From Podarcis pityusensis (Eukaryota): a stretch of 64,000 nucleotides of DNA. The stretch lies in assembly GCA_964106645.2 (NCBI GenBank), contig OZ067041.1; one strand, given 5' to 3'. This document shows positions 1 through 13,600 of the stretch, in pieces. How positions within the stretch are numbered: the first letter of the stretch is position 1; each line of letters starts with the position of its first letter. A program made the position numbers and the translations under genes. The notes beneath the pieces were generated by a model. It did no database searches. It was not told the origin of the DNA and saw nothing but the letters and a program-made list of their open reading frames with translations.

Positions 1-921
1 GCAGCAGCATGCTATTTGGGAAACAGTTAGACTTTCAAAACATATCACTTACAAATCATGTAAGCTGCCTTCAGATGTTGCCCAGCTGTTCCAGCAGTCA
101 ATAAATTTTATCTGGAATTTTTAAAATTCTAATCTTGGTCACTGTGCTAAAATCCTGGAATGTTGTTTTGTGCTTCTCCCTCTTTGTTGTTGTTGCTAGA
201 AATAGCACACTGTACTAATGTATAGTAGTAGATAGCTGTGACAAACAGCCCAATATAAAAAACATCAACAATGTGCATGGCCCAGTGTATTTTCCCCTGG
301 GTGTTGCAACTCAACTGCTTCCTTCTGCCATAGTAAAATGCATCCTGCCAAGTTCTTTATGACCCACTGAGGACCATTACACATTGCAGAATAGCAAACC
401 TGGATTTGCCAATGAGTGTACATTCAACAGGGAGCTACAGCCAATCACAGGTCTGTATTAAGTGTACTGGCATGATACATATTTAAATACATTTAGGTGC
501 AGGTGTACACCTGAAATGTAACATGTGAAATCACAAATCTGAGCATCTATTGGATAAGGCTGTATATTTGAACTGGTAGTTTTGTGAGGGGCTTTGGGTT
601 TTTTAGAGCATTTCTTGCAAAAAATGATATTTTAATGGGCATTTATTGGAATATTTTATATCTGCTCCCATATTTCCTAGTTATCTGCTCTGAACCACTA
701 GGTCAGAGTGGGCTATGAATTTAAATAAATGCAATACATAAATGAAAGCAATTTAGTGCTCTGCAGCTGTTCCCCCCTTTTTATTATATGCATATAAATT
801 AAGGAAGCTTTTCAGTTTTTACATTAAATAACACTTGAGTAATCAGCTTGTAGCAACTCCTGTCTATGAGTAAACTGAAGCTATCTAATCAATTTGGGAA
901 GCAGTTAAAATTTGTAGCAGC

Positions 922-952
<31 letters not shown>

Positions 953-2833
953 ATTTATATACCATCCTTTATCTAAAGATCTCAGGGTGGTGGTGTACAT
1001 TACAAAACATCCATGATAAAAACAGAATAAAAACATAGTAAAAAGCATACTGACAAGACAGTCCAACAGTAAAATAATCATAATAGTAGCAGTCCTCTGC
1101 ACCACACTTTCACAGGCCATAGATTATTTAATAGCCATAGGCATTTAATAGGCATGTTTTTGCCTGGTGTCTAAAGACATGTAATTATGGTGCCAGGTGA
1201 GCCTCTCTAGGGAGAGCAGACCACAATCAGGAAGCCACCACAGAAAAGGATGTATCAGCAGTCACTTTGTTAGACATGTGTCTTTTTAGCCAAGTTTAAA
1301 GCTATTCTGATAGAAACTGGCCTTTTTTAGGCCTGGAAAATGTGCTTAGTTTTTAGAGATGTGGAATACCACAACAATGATGTGATACAAGCTTGCTTTG
1401 TACCTTATTTTAATAGATCTCACCTTCACAAAAGGAATATAGGAATAATGTGCCATAGCCCTACACAGGAATGGTAGAGAAATTTCTTATTTTAAAAGTG
1501 ACTCTTCCTAATTCACACCTCTTAAAACAAAATATTAGCTGAAGGACCTATCATTCAACACCAAATGCACATATTTGGGGAAGGTGTAAATAAAAATGCC
1601 CAGTTTTTAATGCTTGACATTTTATTTTTTATATTTTGCTGGAAGCTACCCAAAGTGGCTGGGGAAACCCAGCCAGATGGGCGGGGTAGTATTATTTATT
1701 ATTATTATTACTACATATAAAATACATAATGGAGTAATTCAAAAAAGTGTACTAGGAAAAAAATGCCTATGAAAATGAATATATTAAGAGAAATGTGCAC
1801 TAAAATGCTGATGTGATAATGTTTTTTAAACCAACAGAGGCAGGAAATATAGTGAACTGAATTTAAGCTTGGAAAACTGAGAAAAACTGAAATTGACAGA
1901 TTCAAGCAGCCCTAACTCTGAACAGTGCTAAGTTTTAATAAATATACTGGTCCTGGATTGAGGCCCCAAAGCTTTCTGTATTTTTCCTTCTCATGCACCA
2001 TATGTTTTGTTCTGCTGTGCTGTTGAAGAACAATACTAAAAGCCTCCTGAGGTTAATTTTACACCTGTAAAACCTTCTGGATTAAAATCAAATTTCTGAA
2101 GGCAAGCAGCTCAGGCATCTGGCTTATAATGGCTGCATAGTGCATTTAAATCCCAGTGGCTTGACTTTCAATGGAAATCCTCCCCCTTCCTTGATTTTCT
2201 TTTTAGTGTCCCAGTTATCAAAAATTCCACTTTGCTTTTCATCCCAAAATCTTAAAGAGATTCCTCTGAGATAGGAAACATACAGATAGTGGTTTTGGTG
2301 CTGTTTTGGACTTCATTAACATCCTGGGCTTGGTTTTTGTGTGATCAGCTTCTTTGCTTCTTTTTGACAGTTTCAGAATAAAAGGCACATATTTGCTAAG
2401 AGATGTCCTGCTGTAACTACACTACAGAGCCTGGGTTGTTAGAGGAGCATAAAGCAGATTTAAGATTATCCACATGGGTTCTGTGGCTGATCCTGGGGAT
2501 ATACAAGATACCTTGTTCTGTCTCTTAACACCTATGATGATTTACTAATCCCTGGCTCTGGTAGGAAGTCCATAATAATAAATTCAATATATGACTTATT
2601 GTGTCACTTTCAAGCCTTAACGGCAGAAGTCAACTATTTCCTCCAGTGGTCCTTTTCTATGGAGAAAAACTGCTTTTAGCTCAATGTTTGGTCCCGACTC
2701 AGTTTTAATAGATTAAGACTTGATCGTGCTAGTTTGTTTTAAATTCAGATTTCTTTTTAAGCTATTCTTTTAGACACCATTTAGTAAATGTAGGGGATGT
2801 GCGTTGGCTGTGTGTGTACTCTATACTGTATAA

Positions 2834-3880
2834 TGTGAATTGGTGCGATTCAGGGCAGCCTTTCACATTACTGAGTTAGTTCATGCCATGACCATGCTAT
2901 CAGGAAGTGCCTAACCTTCCAAGTCACTATTGACTCGGTTTTTCCACAAAGCTAAACCATTTCTCTCTCTCTCATACTTTTATTCTGAAAAATGAAATCA
3001 AGCTCATTGGGAAAATATCCAGAGCTTTAGAGATGAAGGGACAGAGAGGAGATTGGACAGGTAGAAAGGTTGGGGGAGGGCGTTGGAAATCATTTGTTTT
3101 GACAGACAGGTCTAGCTTTAAGTCACTCTGAATTGTTTCCCAGGGCACTCCAATCACAGTGATTGGATGTTGAAGTAAACATGAGAGGGCCCAAACCAAA
3201 CTGCAAATTTAACTTACTATTTAATCCCCTTATATGACCTCACTGCTAATGATTTAGCAGACAATTTAGCAGATTTGGGCTTTTTTTCAGCTGTAACTTG
3301 CCGGAACACAGCTCCGTCACCTCTCAGGTGGGCACCACTGCCATTACATGAACAAGGGAGTTCATGGTGAGTTCTGGCACCTTTTTTTCTAGAAAAATAG
3401 CACTGGCAGACAGTATTTCCAGCCCGGATAACTTCTTCCAGCTGCTCCAGGCTTGCCGCTCAGTTCTTCTCCACCGCCCCCTCCTCCAATCTCCCTCTCT
3501 TTAGTCATCCTCTCATCTAATCTCTGGTCTGCTTCCCAACAGTAGTAGAATAGGTCTATTTATGTCTCAGCCAGCCTATCCTTCAATCTGATTTGACAGG
3601 CATAGTATTTCCCTGCCTTCATCAGACTACCTATTCTGTCCAATGAATGATCAAGAATTTCTGTCCAATAAGCCAGTCAAAAGTCTAATTCACTATCCTC
3701 AGGATTAAACCTCACCTAGTTTCCCCAGACCAGACTCAGGTACTTACTTAACAGCCAACTGTCAACCAGCAACAGATACTTAGCATTTTCAAATGTAACC
3801 CTTACATGACCCCACATGCACATACATCTAAACCAAAAACCTGTTCTACCAAACATATTTTAAAAAGTGATTTTTTCACA
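2834..3880. mobile_element. Probable solo LTR with a nested hAT MITE
   Basis: TGTGAA...TTCACA termini, flanked by gtataa/gcataa (5 of 6 matching, TSD-like). Confidence 0.45.
3277..3405. mobile_element. hAT-type MITE
   Basis: gggctttttt...aaaaatagcactg ends; same family as 50412-50546. Confidence 0.6.
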
Positions 3881-5755
3881 GCATAATATTTATATTGCAT
3901 TTTGATGGTCAGCAAAACTGCCTAAAGGTTCAGTTATATGGGCAGTATAAGTTGTGCAATAAATAAAAACTTTTTTTAAAGGATTAAATTGTAAACTTCT
4001 AATTTATGAACCAAAAAGCCAGCATCTCTCCTAGCACTATGTTGTTTCTGTCTGCCAATACATTTTTAAAATAGATTTTCAGTTGCCTTGGTTATAGCAC
4101 AACTGGGAATGATTACTATCAGGGTGTGTTGCTTTTGTACAGTTTTACTATAGTAGAGCTTGGGAATATAGCCGGTATATTCTTCTGCTCTCCAGCTGAG
4201 GCTGTTTTACTATCTTAAGTTTTTAAGATTGATGACAATTCTGTTATAGCAGTATTGTACATTTTCCAGCGATACCTAGCTCCCAAATACATATGTGTAC
4301 ACACACAAATGGTTTTATAGACTACTTTTTACAAATACATGGACTCAGGCACATCATTCAGAAATGGAAGGTGGGGGAGGAGCAGAAATGGTCCCCTATA
4401 TTTTGGAGAGGACTAACCCAAACTCTTATCCTGCTCCGGGGGGGGGGGGGGGAATAATTTTGTCATTTTGTTACTGGATAATACATTAGCACATTAAACA
4501 ATGGGTTTACCAGGATATTGTTTTATATACATTATATGTCTCAATGTCCTTGTAACATCATAGCAAGCTGGAAATGTTTTGAGATTCCAGCTAAGGATAC
4601 TCCTGGTCAAAATTCAAGGTAAAGGTAATGGAAGTTTGGACAGAGCAATTGTTGTTGAGTTTGGCGAATCTGGTAAGTGCTGCTGGGGTTTTTCAAGGGT
4701 TTCCAGAGCTTTAGAGGATGTTTGCAGGCTTTTTCAATGGTGTTCTCAAAAGACACGATTTCACTTACCAGTAAATGTAGAGCCCCAGAACGTAACCCCT
4801 AGGTAAATGGAGAGTTGCCTATACATCATCTTGCATTGTACTAAATGTCACATAAGGACCAGTTTTGTATAATGTTGTCATAATGCATTTGAGACCAATT
4901 ATTTTAATCTGAAAAGGGGAATTATGAAGGGCTTGGCTTCCTCAGTTTGGTATTTTGTGTCACTAGCTTTTAAACAGACAACTCCAAACATAGTAAGTAG
5001 GCACCAACAACTTCTAGAACTGGATGGGCAGGGACATGGCCATTGATCATAACTCAGATTCCCAGCCCCACCATTGTATTTTCAGGCAGAACATGAAGCT
5101 TGCAAATTGGGACAAAGAACTGTAAATATATAAAGGGCATTTTAATGGACACATTCTAAAAACCAGTTCTAGAGTCATGTGGCTGACCTCCAGATATAGC
5201 TTCTCTGATGGTGGCAATGGGCCTATCATGATTCGTAAGAGCCAGGAGAAAGATCCAGCCTCTAGGAATTTCAGATCTAGTGTCTGAAATAACTACATAA
5301 ATAGAAGGGCTTCACAAGTGAAGGCTATTGCAGCAAAATTAGGTGCATAGCTGAGGCTGTAAATGCAACTATGAGTTTAGGCCTTAAGCAGCAAACTGAA
5401 ATATAAACTTCTCCAAATAATCCAAAAAACTATAAAAGATGGTACACATTCAACTGAGCTGGTTTGCAGAATATGATCAAATAAAACTACCAGGTGTTAA
5501 ATGTAAACAACATAACAAAAAAGAAAAAGACAGAGACAGGTGATTGTAATTTGGAAAGCAATAGCTTGGAGCTATATTAGACAAAAAGGAAGAAAACTCA
5601 TTTCTAGTTTATAATAAATATTCCAGAATATTTATGCATAAATGTCAGACAAAACCTATTCTAAATGAGAACTGAAACCCACAATAAAAATGTTCTACTT
5701 TATCAAAAATATGTGCCTAGCTATCATCTTTACATCATATTCAAATGTGAGGTGA

Positions 5756-6372
5756 TGTCCTGAACCCCTGGCCTACCTGGCAGCAAGTCAGTATGTCAAG
5801 TCCAAAGTCCTGGGGTCAAGCAAAGTCCAAAAGTCAGGAAACACAGTCCAGATGTCAATCCAAGTAGTCAAGTCTGAAGTCCAGCAGTCAGGATACAGTC
5901 CAGAGTCAAACCCAAAGCACAGTCCTGTAGACGTCCAGGAGCATCCAAGCCAAGGCCCATCAACGTGGGCTGCTGAACAGACACAGCACCTCAGCTTTGC
6001 TTCCCTTTTGTACTTTGCTTGCTGACTGCAGCATCTGGGCTTGATGAGGCATGTGACCCTCACCTGTTCCAAGCCTACTCCAGCTGAGGAATCATACACT
6101 TCCTCCCAGAGCTAGCAAGCTCCACTTGGCCAGCTAGTGAGCTATAGGCCCTTGCCTGCCTCAGCCTCCTAGAGTGCCACTCCCACTCAGAGCCCAGTGT
6201 TCAGGGAGACAGGGGTTCCTCTGCTGGTTCCTGTGCACTGACCCCCATCCCCTCCATTACCCTGTGAATACTTCTTTCCCCATCCCCTGCTTGCCCCAGT
6301 GTGTCTCCATCCCAGCTACACCCCTTGCTGGGATCCTCTTCCTTCTCCCCTTCGTCCTGCCAGTTCATGACT
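5756..6372. mobile_element. Solo LTR (Gypsy-like)
   Basis: tgtcctgaac...gttcatgact imperfect terminal inverted repeat, perfect 5-bp TSD GGTGA (5751-5755 and 6373-6377), internal caagtc/agtcca short repeats. Confidence 0.65.
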
Positions 6373-6731
6373 GGTGAAGCTAAAGGGTGGGGGGAAAGAT
6401 GCAAACCAGTTTTGGTACCAGGAAAAAGAAGTTAGCATTTTTTTTGTCCTTTATTCAGTTGTGGATATCTGCTACCACTCCTTCAGGCTCAACACTGTTT
6501 AGGCAGACTCTGCATCAATGGCATGATTCACTTTCTGATATTGTACAACATTTCACTATGTATTGAAAGTGCTCCCAAATTAAAATTATACCCCATGTGA
6601 AAAATTTACACATCAGAAAGAAGGCTAGCCACCCTGGTATAGATGCACAAGGAATTAACCCACATAGAACTTGTATTCCTTCAAAAACTCAGGAAAACAT
6701 CCACTTTGTGCTCCTCCTTGGGCTTCCACTA

Positions 6732-7397
6732 CAGTGGTACCTTGGTTCCCAAACTCAATCCGTTCCAGAAGTCCATTCTAAAACCAAAGCATTCCAAAAC
6801 CAAGGCGTGCTTTCCCATAGAAAGTAATGCAAAACAGATTAATCCATTCTAGACTTTTAAATACAACCCCTAAAACAGCAATTTAACATGAATTTTACTA
6901 TCTAATGAAGACCATTGATTCATAAAATGAAAGCAATAATCAGTGTACTGTACTATAAAATAAATAAGGCAGTATTGATAAATTTTATTTTTTTAAAAGA
7001 AATATTCTTAGCTGCACTGATGATAGTCATTGTTTGGATGGGGGGCTTTTATCCCTTTCTGTAGTCACTCAGTCAATCCATCAGTACTGAACTGGGTTCC
7101 ACACAGTCACAAAAAAACAAATTAACTGAAAAAGCCTCAAAAACAAAAATGTGAAATAAATAGCAAAAACAAAAGCGCCAAACCTAATCCATTCCGGAAG
7201 TCCGTTTGACTTCTGAAATGTTCAAAAACCAAGGCACAGCTTCTTGTGCAGGCGCCCTGGAAACAATAGCCGACAGCTACATCAGACGTTCAGCTTCCGA
7301 AAAACATTCAAAAACCGCAACACTTACTTCTGGGTTTTTGGCGTTTGAGAACCAAGGCATTTGAGAACCAAGGCATTTGAGAACCAAGGTACCACTG
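6732..7397. mobile_element. Tc1/mariner-pogo (Tigger-like) non-autonomous element
   Basis: TIR CAGTGGTACCTTGGTT...AACCAAGGTACCACTG, TA duplication. Confidence 0.85.
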
Positions 7398-7762
7398 TAT
7401 TCTACCTTGTAACCCATGTCCAGTGTAACTAACACGCACACACCATTTGCAGGTAATTTTTCTTAGGAATAGCATTTCTCAGAAGACACTGTGCATCGAG
7501 AATGAGTTTCCTTAATGCCTGTCATCCTCTACAGCAGAAAGAAGCATCACTGACACAAGATAGAAACCAAATTCTTACTCTGATCTACTAAATTTCATCT
7601 TGTTAAGAATACTAAAACTCTTCAGTTGACAGTTACTGAAAATAAACTATTGTACCACATCTTGAAAAAAATCTACTGTGACTGTAGCAGAGGCTACATC
7701 TAACACAGTTATGGCTGACAGACTAGAAAGTTGCTTTTATATTGTTATACTGCAACAGGGTT

Positions 7763-7953
7763 TCACAGGGAACATTTTGAACTTCGTGACAGTGGAGGTG
7801 GTTTAGCTGACACTTTGCTTTGGACTGCAGATGAGGCCTTTTTATGGTCAAATCTCAGGCTGCGAATTGTGCTGTTTATAGCTGCAACACATGCTTTCCA
7901 GTCATATCCAGTTTCCTTCAGCTCAAAAGATGGGTAAGTCTCTTGCAGAAAGT
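7763..7953 (-). CDS. BEND2: BEND2 last coding exon (BEN domain 2 C-terminal half, stop TGA)
   Basis: DFLQETYPSFELKETGYDWKACVAAINSTIRSLRFD...KCSL*. Confidence 0.88.
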
Positions 7954-10613
7954 CTAATAATAAAAAAAGCAAGTTACAAATTGTTTATTAAAGTTTTATA
8001 TTGCTTAGTAAGTATTGAGTTGTACACTGTTCAGATTAGGCAAATTAAAGGCATCCTACTTTGAAGAGAGAATGCTACAGTACCCGTAACTGCTTCTGAC
8101 AAGCAACTACTAAATCAGGAATCCTACAAATGAGCAGTAAATGCCTTTTGGAAGAGCCTCATCAATATGATTGCTCCTCTGGTGCTGAGGAGCCCTGGTA
8201 TCCTAGGCAGCAGCGTGTGATGAAACAGGATGGAAGATGGTGGCACAGAACTCGCTCCAAAGCTGACTGAGCAGATTAGGGTGCATAATCGGACCTACCG
8301 TGCAGCAATAAGGGCAGCAAAGAAGTCCTACTTCACAGCCTCTAGTAATGATCCAGCAGAGCTCTTACAGACCACCTGGAATCTGGTCTCATGTGTAGGT
8401 GGGGACGGGCATTTGGAGGCCTCCTTTGACCATTTGGTCCATTATTTTGAAGATAAAGTCACTTGACACTGCAGCAATTTCGATGCTGCCATTATTGTAA
8501 CAATTCCACCTTGATCACTGAAATCTCTTGATGGGGCACTTCTGGTAGGTTGGCCTGAGATTTGGTTGGCCTATGCAGTAAAGACCAAACACTGAAACTG
8601 GCAAGCCCTGCTGTGGAACGCCCTACAAGTAGAGTTTTGGCAGGAAGCTACTCTGCCTCCTTTTAGACATATTCTGAAAGAGGTCTTGTTTAGACAGAAC
8701 TCCACAATATGAATTTCTTTTTCACCAACCAGTATCTCCTGATGTTTTATTAATGTTTTAAATCTTATGAATACATTTGCTGATTTTATTATATTTTGTA
8801 TACCACCCTGATATATCTTGTTAAAGAATAGTTTATAAATATTTGAATAAATATTTCACAGCCTGACAGCTCAGTCCTATATAATGTCTGCTCGGAACCA
8901 AATTGCACTGAGTTCCATGGGGGTTACTCTCCCGTTAAATTGCCTTTAGGGATTGCATCTCTCCTACTGAAACCGTTACTGACCTCTAAGAGCATTTATT
9001 TTGTTGCAGTCCAGTGGATGTGTGCCACGGTCCAGGTTGCCATACACATTGCTTTTTATCAGGATATTCTCTGTGAACAGATGACGTATCAGGTAGCGTG
9101 CTGAAAGTTCTGGCCGAGTTTTTCCCTTGGCTGCAAAAATAACTGAAAAGGGCAACTGGACATTCCTTGATGGGTTCCCAAGGTGTGCTAGAGAGGAGGC
9201 ATTTTTATTATTATTATTATGAAAAAGATTTCAAACCCTGTTCTTTAAGCAGAATGGCTCAAGAATGGTTGACAAATGTCAGCCCTAAGATTGTCAGTCT
9301 GAAAGCAGAGACCATCTAAAAAGCTTAGAAATCTAACTATCCTGTTTTGTTCTAAGTGGAATGGTTTCATGTTTGTTTTCAAAACTGATTAAAAATGAAG
9401 AGTTCTGTCTCTACATTGAGCAGATTCCTCCTAATTCTATATTTCTGAAATGCCTAAAGTAGGTAACTAAAACAAACCCATGTCTGCATGCTCAGTCTAA
9501 ACTGAAGCAGGGGAAAAATGAAGGACGATTTATCAGTCCGACTGCTAAAAGTCTAATTTAACTTGTGAGCTACCCAGCTAGGTATAACCCACCAGCCACT
9601 ATGCTCTGCAAGCTGCTTGATCGCCCCACCCCCATTCTTTCCCTCTTAGACAGACAAGGGGGGAAATGCAGGTTTTTAAATGCCTGGAGGACTGGTTTAC
9701 AGTGTTTGCATACTGCATATGGCTTGCACAGTTCTGACAAAGAAAACAAAGGTTCAGCAGCTTACCCATTGGCTCTAAAGAAGGTGGTTCACTGGAAGAA
9801 GGTGCATTTTTATTATTATCCCCTGTTGAATTCTGAAGCTGGTTTGATATTGAACTGGTTTGAGAATTGATGTCACTCTCTTCCCCAATATCAATTAAAT
9901 CTACACACATGGATGTGTCTGGAGCTTCAGGAGCTTTCTCTTTTCCCTCAGTGATCTAGGAAGCAATGTAGCAGGGAGGAATATTTCCATAACTAATGTA
10001 AAAATGCAGTAATAAACTTTTACAAATATCATAAGGAAGAAACTTAAATGAATTAAAGCAAGAACAATATTGTCTATTATTTTATTTCATAGTATTTTCA
10101 ATTGAGTAAGCTACGTTATTTTTGCTCTTGGCAATAGCAGTGACACAGTAGCAAAAGAGGTAGGCATTCTTCTGTAAATTCTCTATTCAATTTGAAACAT
10201 TCGAAGCAATGGCCGTGAATCACTACTTCAGTAACTAGAGATCTATAAATATTTTGTATCAATGAGCCTGAAACATCCTTAATACTTTCTGGGTTTCAGC
10301 GTTTATTATTAACTTCTGATTTCAAACTTAAAATAATTGCTTTCAGAGAAATGCAGTCTGGGCTAGGATGTGTTTATAGAGGCGTCAACACTAAGAAAGA
10401 ACTTACTGGACTTGTTTTGCTTTCATAACGTAAGCAGCGGATCATTGCATTCACATTTGTAATACAGGTTTTCCAGTCTTTCCCACGCTCACTTAGATCA
10501 TAACTTGGGAAATAAGCAGCAAGAAATTCTGCATTCAAAAACACAATTATTATTTTTAAAAGCACACTTATGTTACTATGAAACACCACGCTTCTGTTTT
10601 AAACAAACCATTG

Positions 10614-10666
<53 letters not shown>

Positions 10667-13600
10667 CCCGCCCATCTGGCTGGGCTTCCCCAAGCTACTT
10701 TGGGTGGCTTCCAACAAAATACTAAAATACAGTAATCCATCAAACATTAAAAGCTTCCCTAAACAGGGCTGCCTTCAGATGTCTTCTAAAAGTCTGGTAG
10801 TAGTTGCTCTCCTTGAAATCTGGTGGGAGGGCGTTCCACAGGGTGGGTGCCACTACCAAGAAGGCCCTCTGCCTGATTCCCTGTAACTTGGCTTCTCGCA
10901 GTGAAGGAACTGCCAGAAGGCCCTCGGCGCTGGATCTCAGTGTCCAGGCAGAACGATGGGGGTGGAGATGCTCCTTCAAGTATACTGGAGCGAGGCCGTT
11001 TAGGGCTTTAAAGGTCCACACCAACATTTGAATTGTGCTCGGAAACGTACTGGGAGCCAATGTAGGTCTTTCAAGACTGGTGTTATGTGGTCTCGGTGGC
11101 CGCTCCCAGTCACCAGTCTAGCTGCCGCATTCTGGATTAGTTGTAGTTTCCGGGTCACCTTCAAAGGTAGCCCCACGTAGAGCGCATTGCAGTAGTCCAA
11201 GCGAAAGCAAACCAGAGCATGCACCACTCTGGCGAGACAGTCCGCGGGCAGATAGGGTCTCAGCCTGCGTACCAGATGGAGCTGGTAAACAGCTGCCCTG
11301 GACACAGAATTGACCTGTGGCTCCAGGGACAGCTGCGAATCCAAAATGACGCCCAGGCTGCACACCTAGACCTTCAGGGGCACAGTTACCCCATTTAGGA
11401 CCAGGAAGTCATCCACACCAGCCCGCCTCCTGTCCCCCCAAAAGAGTACTTCTGTCTTGTCAGGATTTAACCTCAATCTGTTAGCTGCCATCCATCCTCC
11501 AACTGCCTCCAGACACTCACACAGGACTTTCACCACCTTCACTGGTTCTGATTTGAAAGAGAGGTAGAGCTGGGTATCATCCGCATATTGATGGACACCG
11601 AGTCCAAACCCCATGATGATCTCTCCCAGCGGCTGCATGTAGATGTTGAAAAGCATGGGGGAGAAGACAGAACCCTGAGGCACCCCACAAGTGAGAGCCC
11701 ATGAGAGTATCCATTTTGAGAGCTTGTGTAAATTGAAATATTTATGAAAATAAATACTGATTACCTGATTATAACCAGACAAAGGCGACTAGGTAGTAAA
11801 ATATGTTAAGAATATTTCATAAAGCAAAGAAAACCATATTTCATCTGAACTGAATTAAGTGCATGTATACCATCAGGCAAATTTGTTTGCTCCAGTTGCA
11901 ATAGGAACTGCCGTTTTTGTGTATGAATGTATGAAAACATGCAGTTTTTTGATACTTGCAAGTATAATCATACTTGCAAGTTAAAGGCAACATTAGGGAA
12001 AGAATGTCTGCAGAGGAGAAAAAGTGCCCAGCGAGGGTGGAGTTTAAACCTTCTCCTATTCACTATTCTCCCCCTTTCCATTGTCTCCTAGCCATATTTC
12101 TTTCTGTTGTTCTAGGCAGCTGGGGGGAAAGGAGAAAACCACTTGAGAGAGAAGGAATTGTGGATGAGAACTGGGAGGGAAATGATTAAGCACTTTTCTT
12201 CTTGGCTATTTCCTACCTACTGTTCTACTCTATCTAAATATTGGAAGAAAACATAAAACTGGAAACCCTGTCTGAGTCTTATTATATAGTTCTGGCCTAA
12301 GGAACTACCAAGGGTTGAAAATCTAACCCCTTCTCTTAAACCAGTGAGACATCAGACGGCGGTGAGCGTCCTGGGGGGCGCCGCTCCCGGCGATGTCACC
12401 CCCCTCAGGGGTGACACCCAGGGCGGACTGCCCCCACCTTGCTCCGCTACTGCGTGACATACCTCTGATTGCAGCGACCTTGTTTGGGTCTAGCGTCCTG
12501 CGTCCTCGAGCCCTTGTACCCATAACACTGCATAGCAATGTTTCTTTTGGGAACAAAACCCGGACCAAGTAGCGTGCAGCATACTTTGGCACGGTCTTTT
12601 GCCACGCTTTCATCAAATAGTTGCCAAGGACCTTCACATTCCGCTTTGGATCACCAATGAACTCTAGATAAAGGAAAATATTAGAAGAGTATTAAAACAA
12701 AATTGCACTGCACCCACTGCAAGTCCTCCAAAGTGCCATTCTGGGCTTCTAACATTTCACAGACATGGCCCACGTGTTTGGAAGCCCCCCCCCCCCCCCC
12801 GTTCAGTAAAGACACAATTCTTCTAACCTCTTAACCATGATTGAGAAACTGGGAATGGGCCACAGACTCCTTACCCCTTCTCCTGCAGCACATGAACTTC
12901 CCCATCCCTGCTCTTTTCACAAATAACAGTAGTGCAGTATTATTTCTACCCAGATAGTAATGCTAACCATCCTTGCAAAGTCTGGTTGCAAACTTCAGTG
13001 AGCTGTAGGGAAAGTCTCCTAAATATTCAGTCAAAAGAATAACACTCAATAAAAAAAGAAAAGGAAAAGGATGCAACACAGAAGCACCTTTTAAAACAGT
13101 GCCAGGCTGAGTGATGGACAGGGAAATGGTTGGAGGATAGTGGCTGCTATGAAAATACAACCTGCCATTATGCCCTTGTGACGCCTCCACCAAAGGGCAG
13201 GTACAATAGGGATGCCTTTTGCCTTTATGGAGCAGGAAGTGAGAAAGCAGAACATTGGTGCTATGAGAAACAGTGGGTGGCTACCTTTTCAGTTTAATGG
13301 AAGAATCCCTGTTCATGCAAAAGAGTGGAATTAAAGAAGGAATTAAGAGCTAAACACATTATTCTTATGAAAACTGTAACTCACCAAAATTATGACTCAT
13401 AGAAGAAGAAGAGGGTACCTCGTTACTAATATCTGTACCACCGGTTGAAGTTCTGTAAGTTACCAGCGTTTTTTTCCTCTCCAAACTGGTTTCAGATAAT
13501 ATCACTGGTGAGGGTACAGCTGAAGATTCTACCTGAGCTGGACTATCAGTAGTTGAAAGACTAGCTTGTGAAGGAAGGTCGGGCATCTTATTAGCTGTAA

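Noticed and set aside
1-5700. Further exons of BEND2 or a neighbouring gene such as RAI2
   Set aside because: No credible coding exons; AT-rich sequence with old repeat fragments.
10740-11782. Reverse-transcriptase ORFs as a domesticated gene or novel RT system
   Set aside because: 5'-truncated, with a stop codon and frameshift, a microsatellite tail and several sister fragments in the window: an ordinary dead L2-clade LINE.
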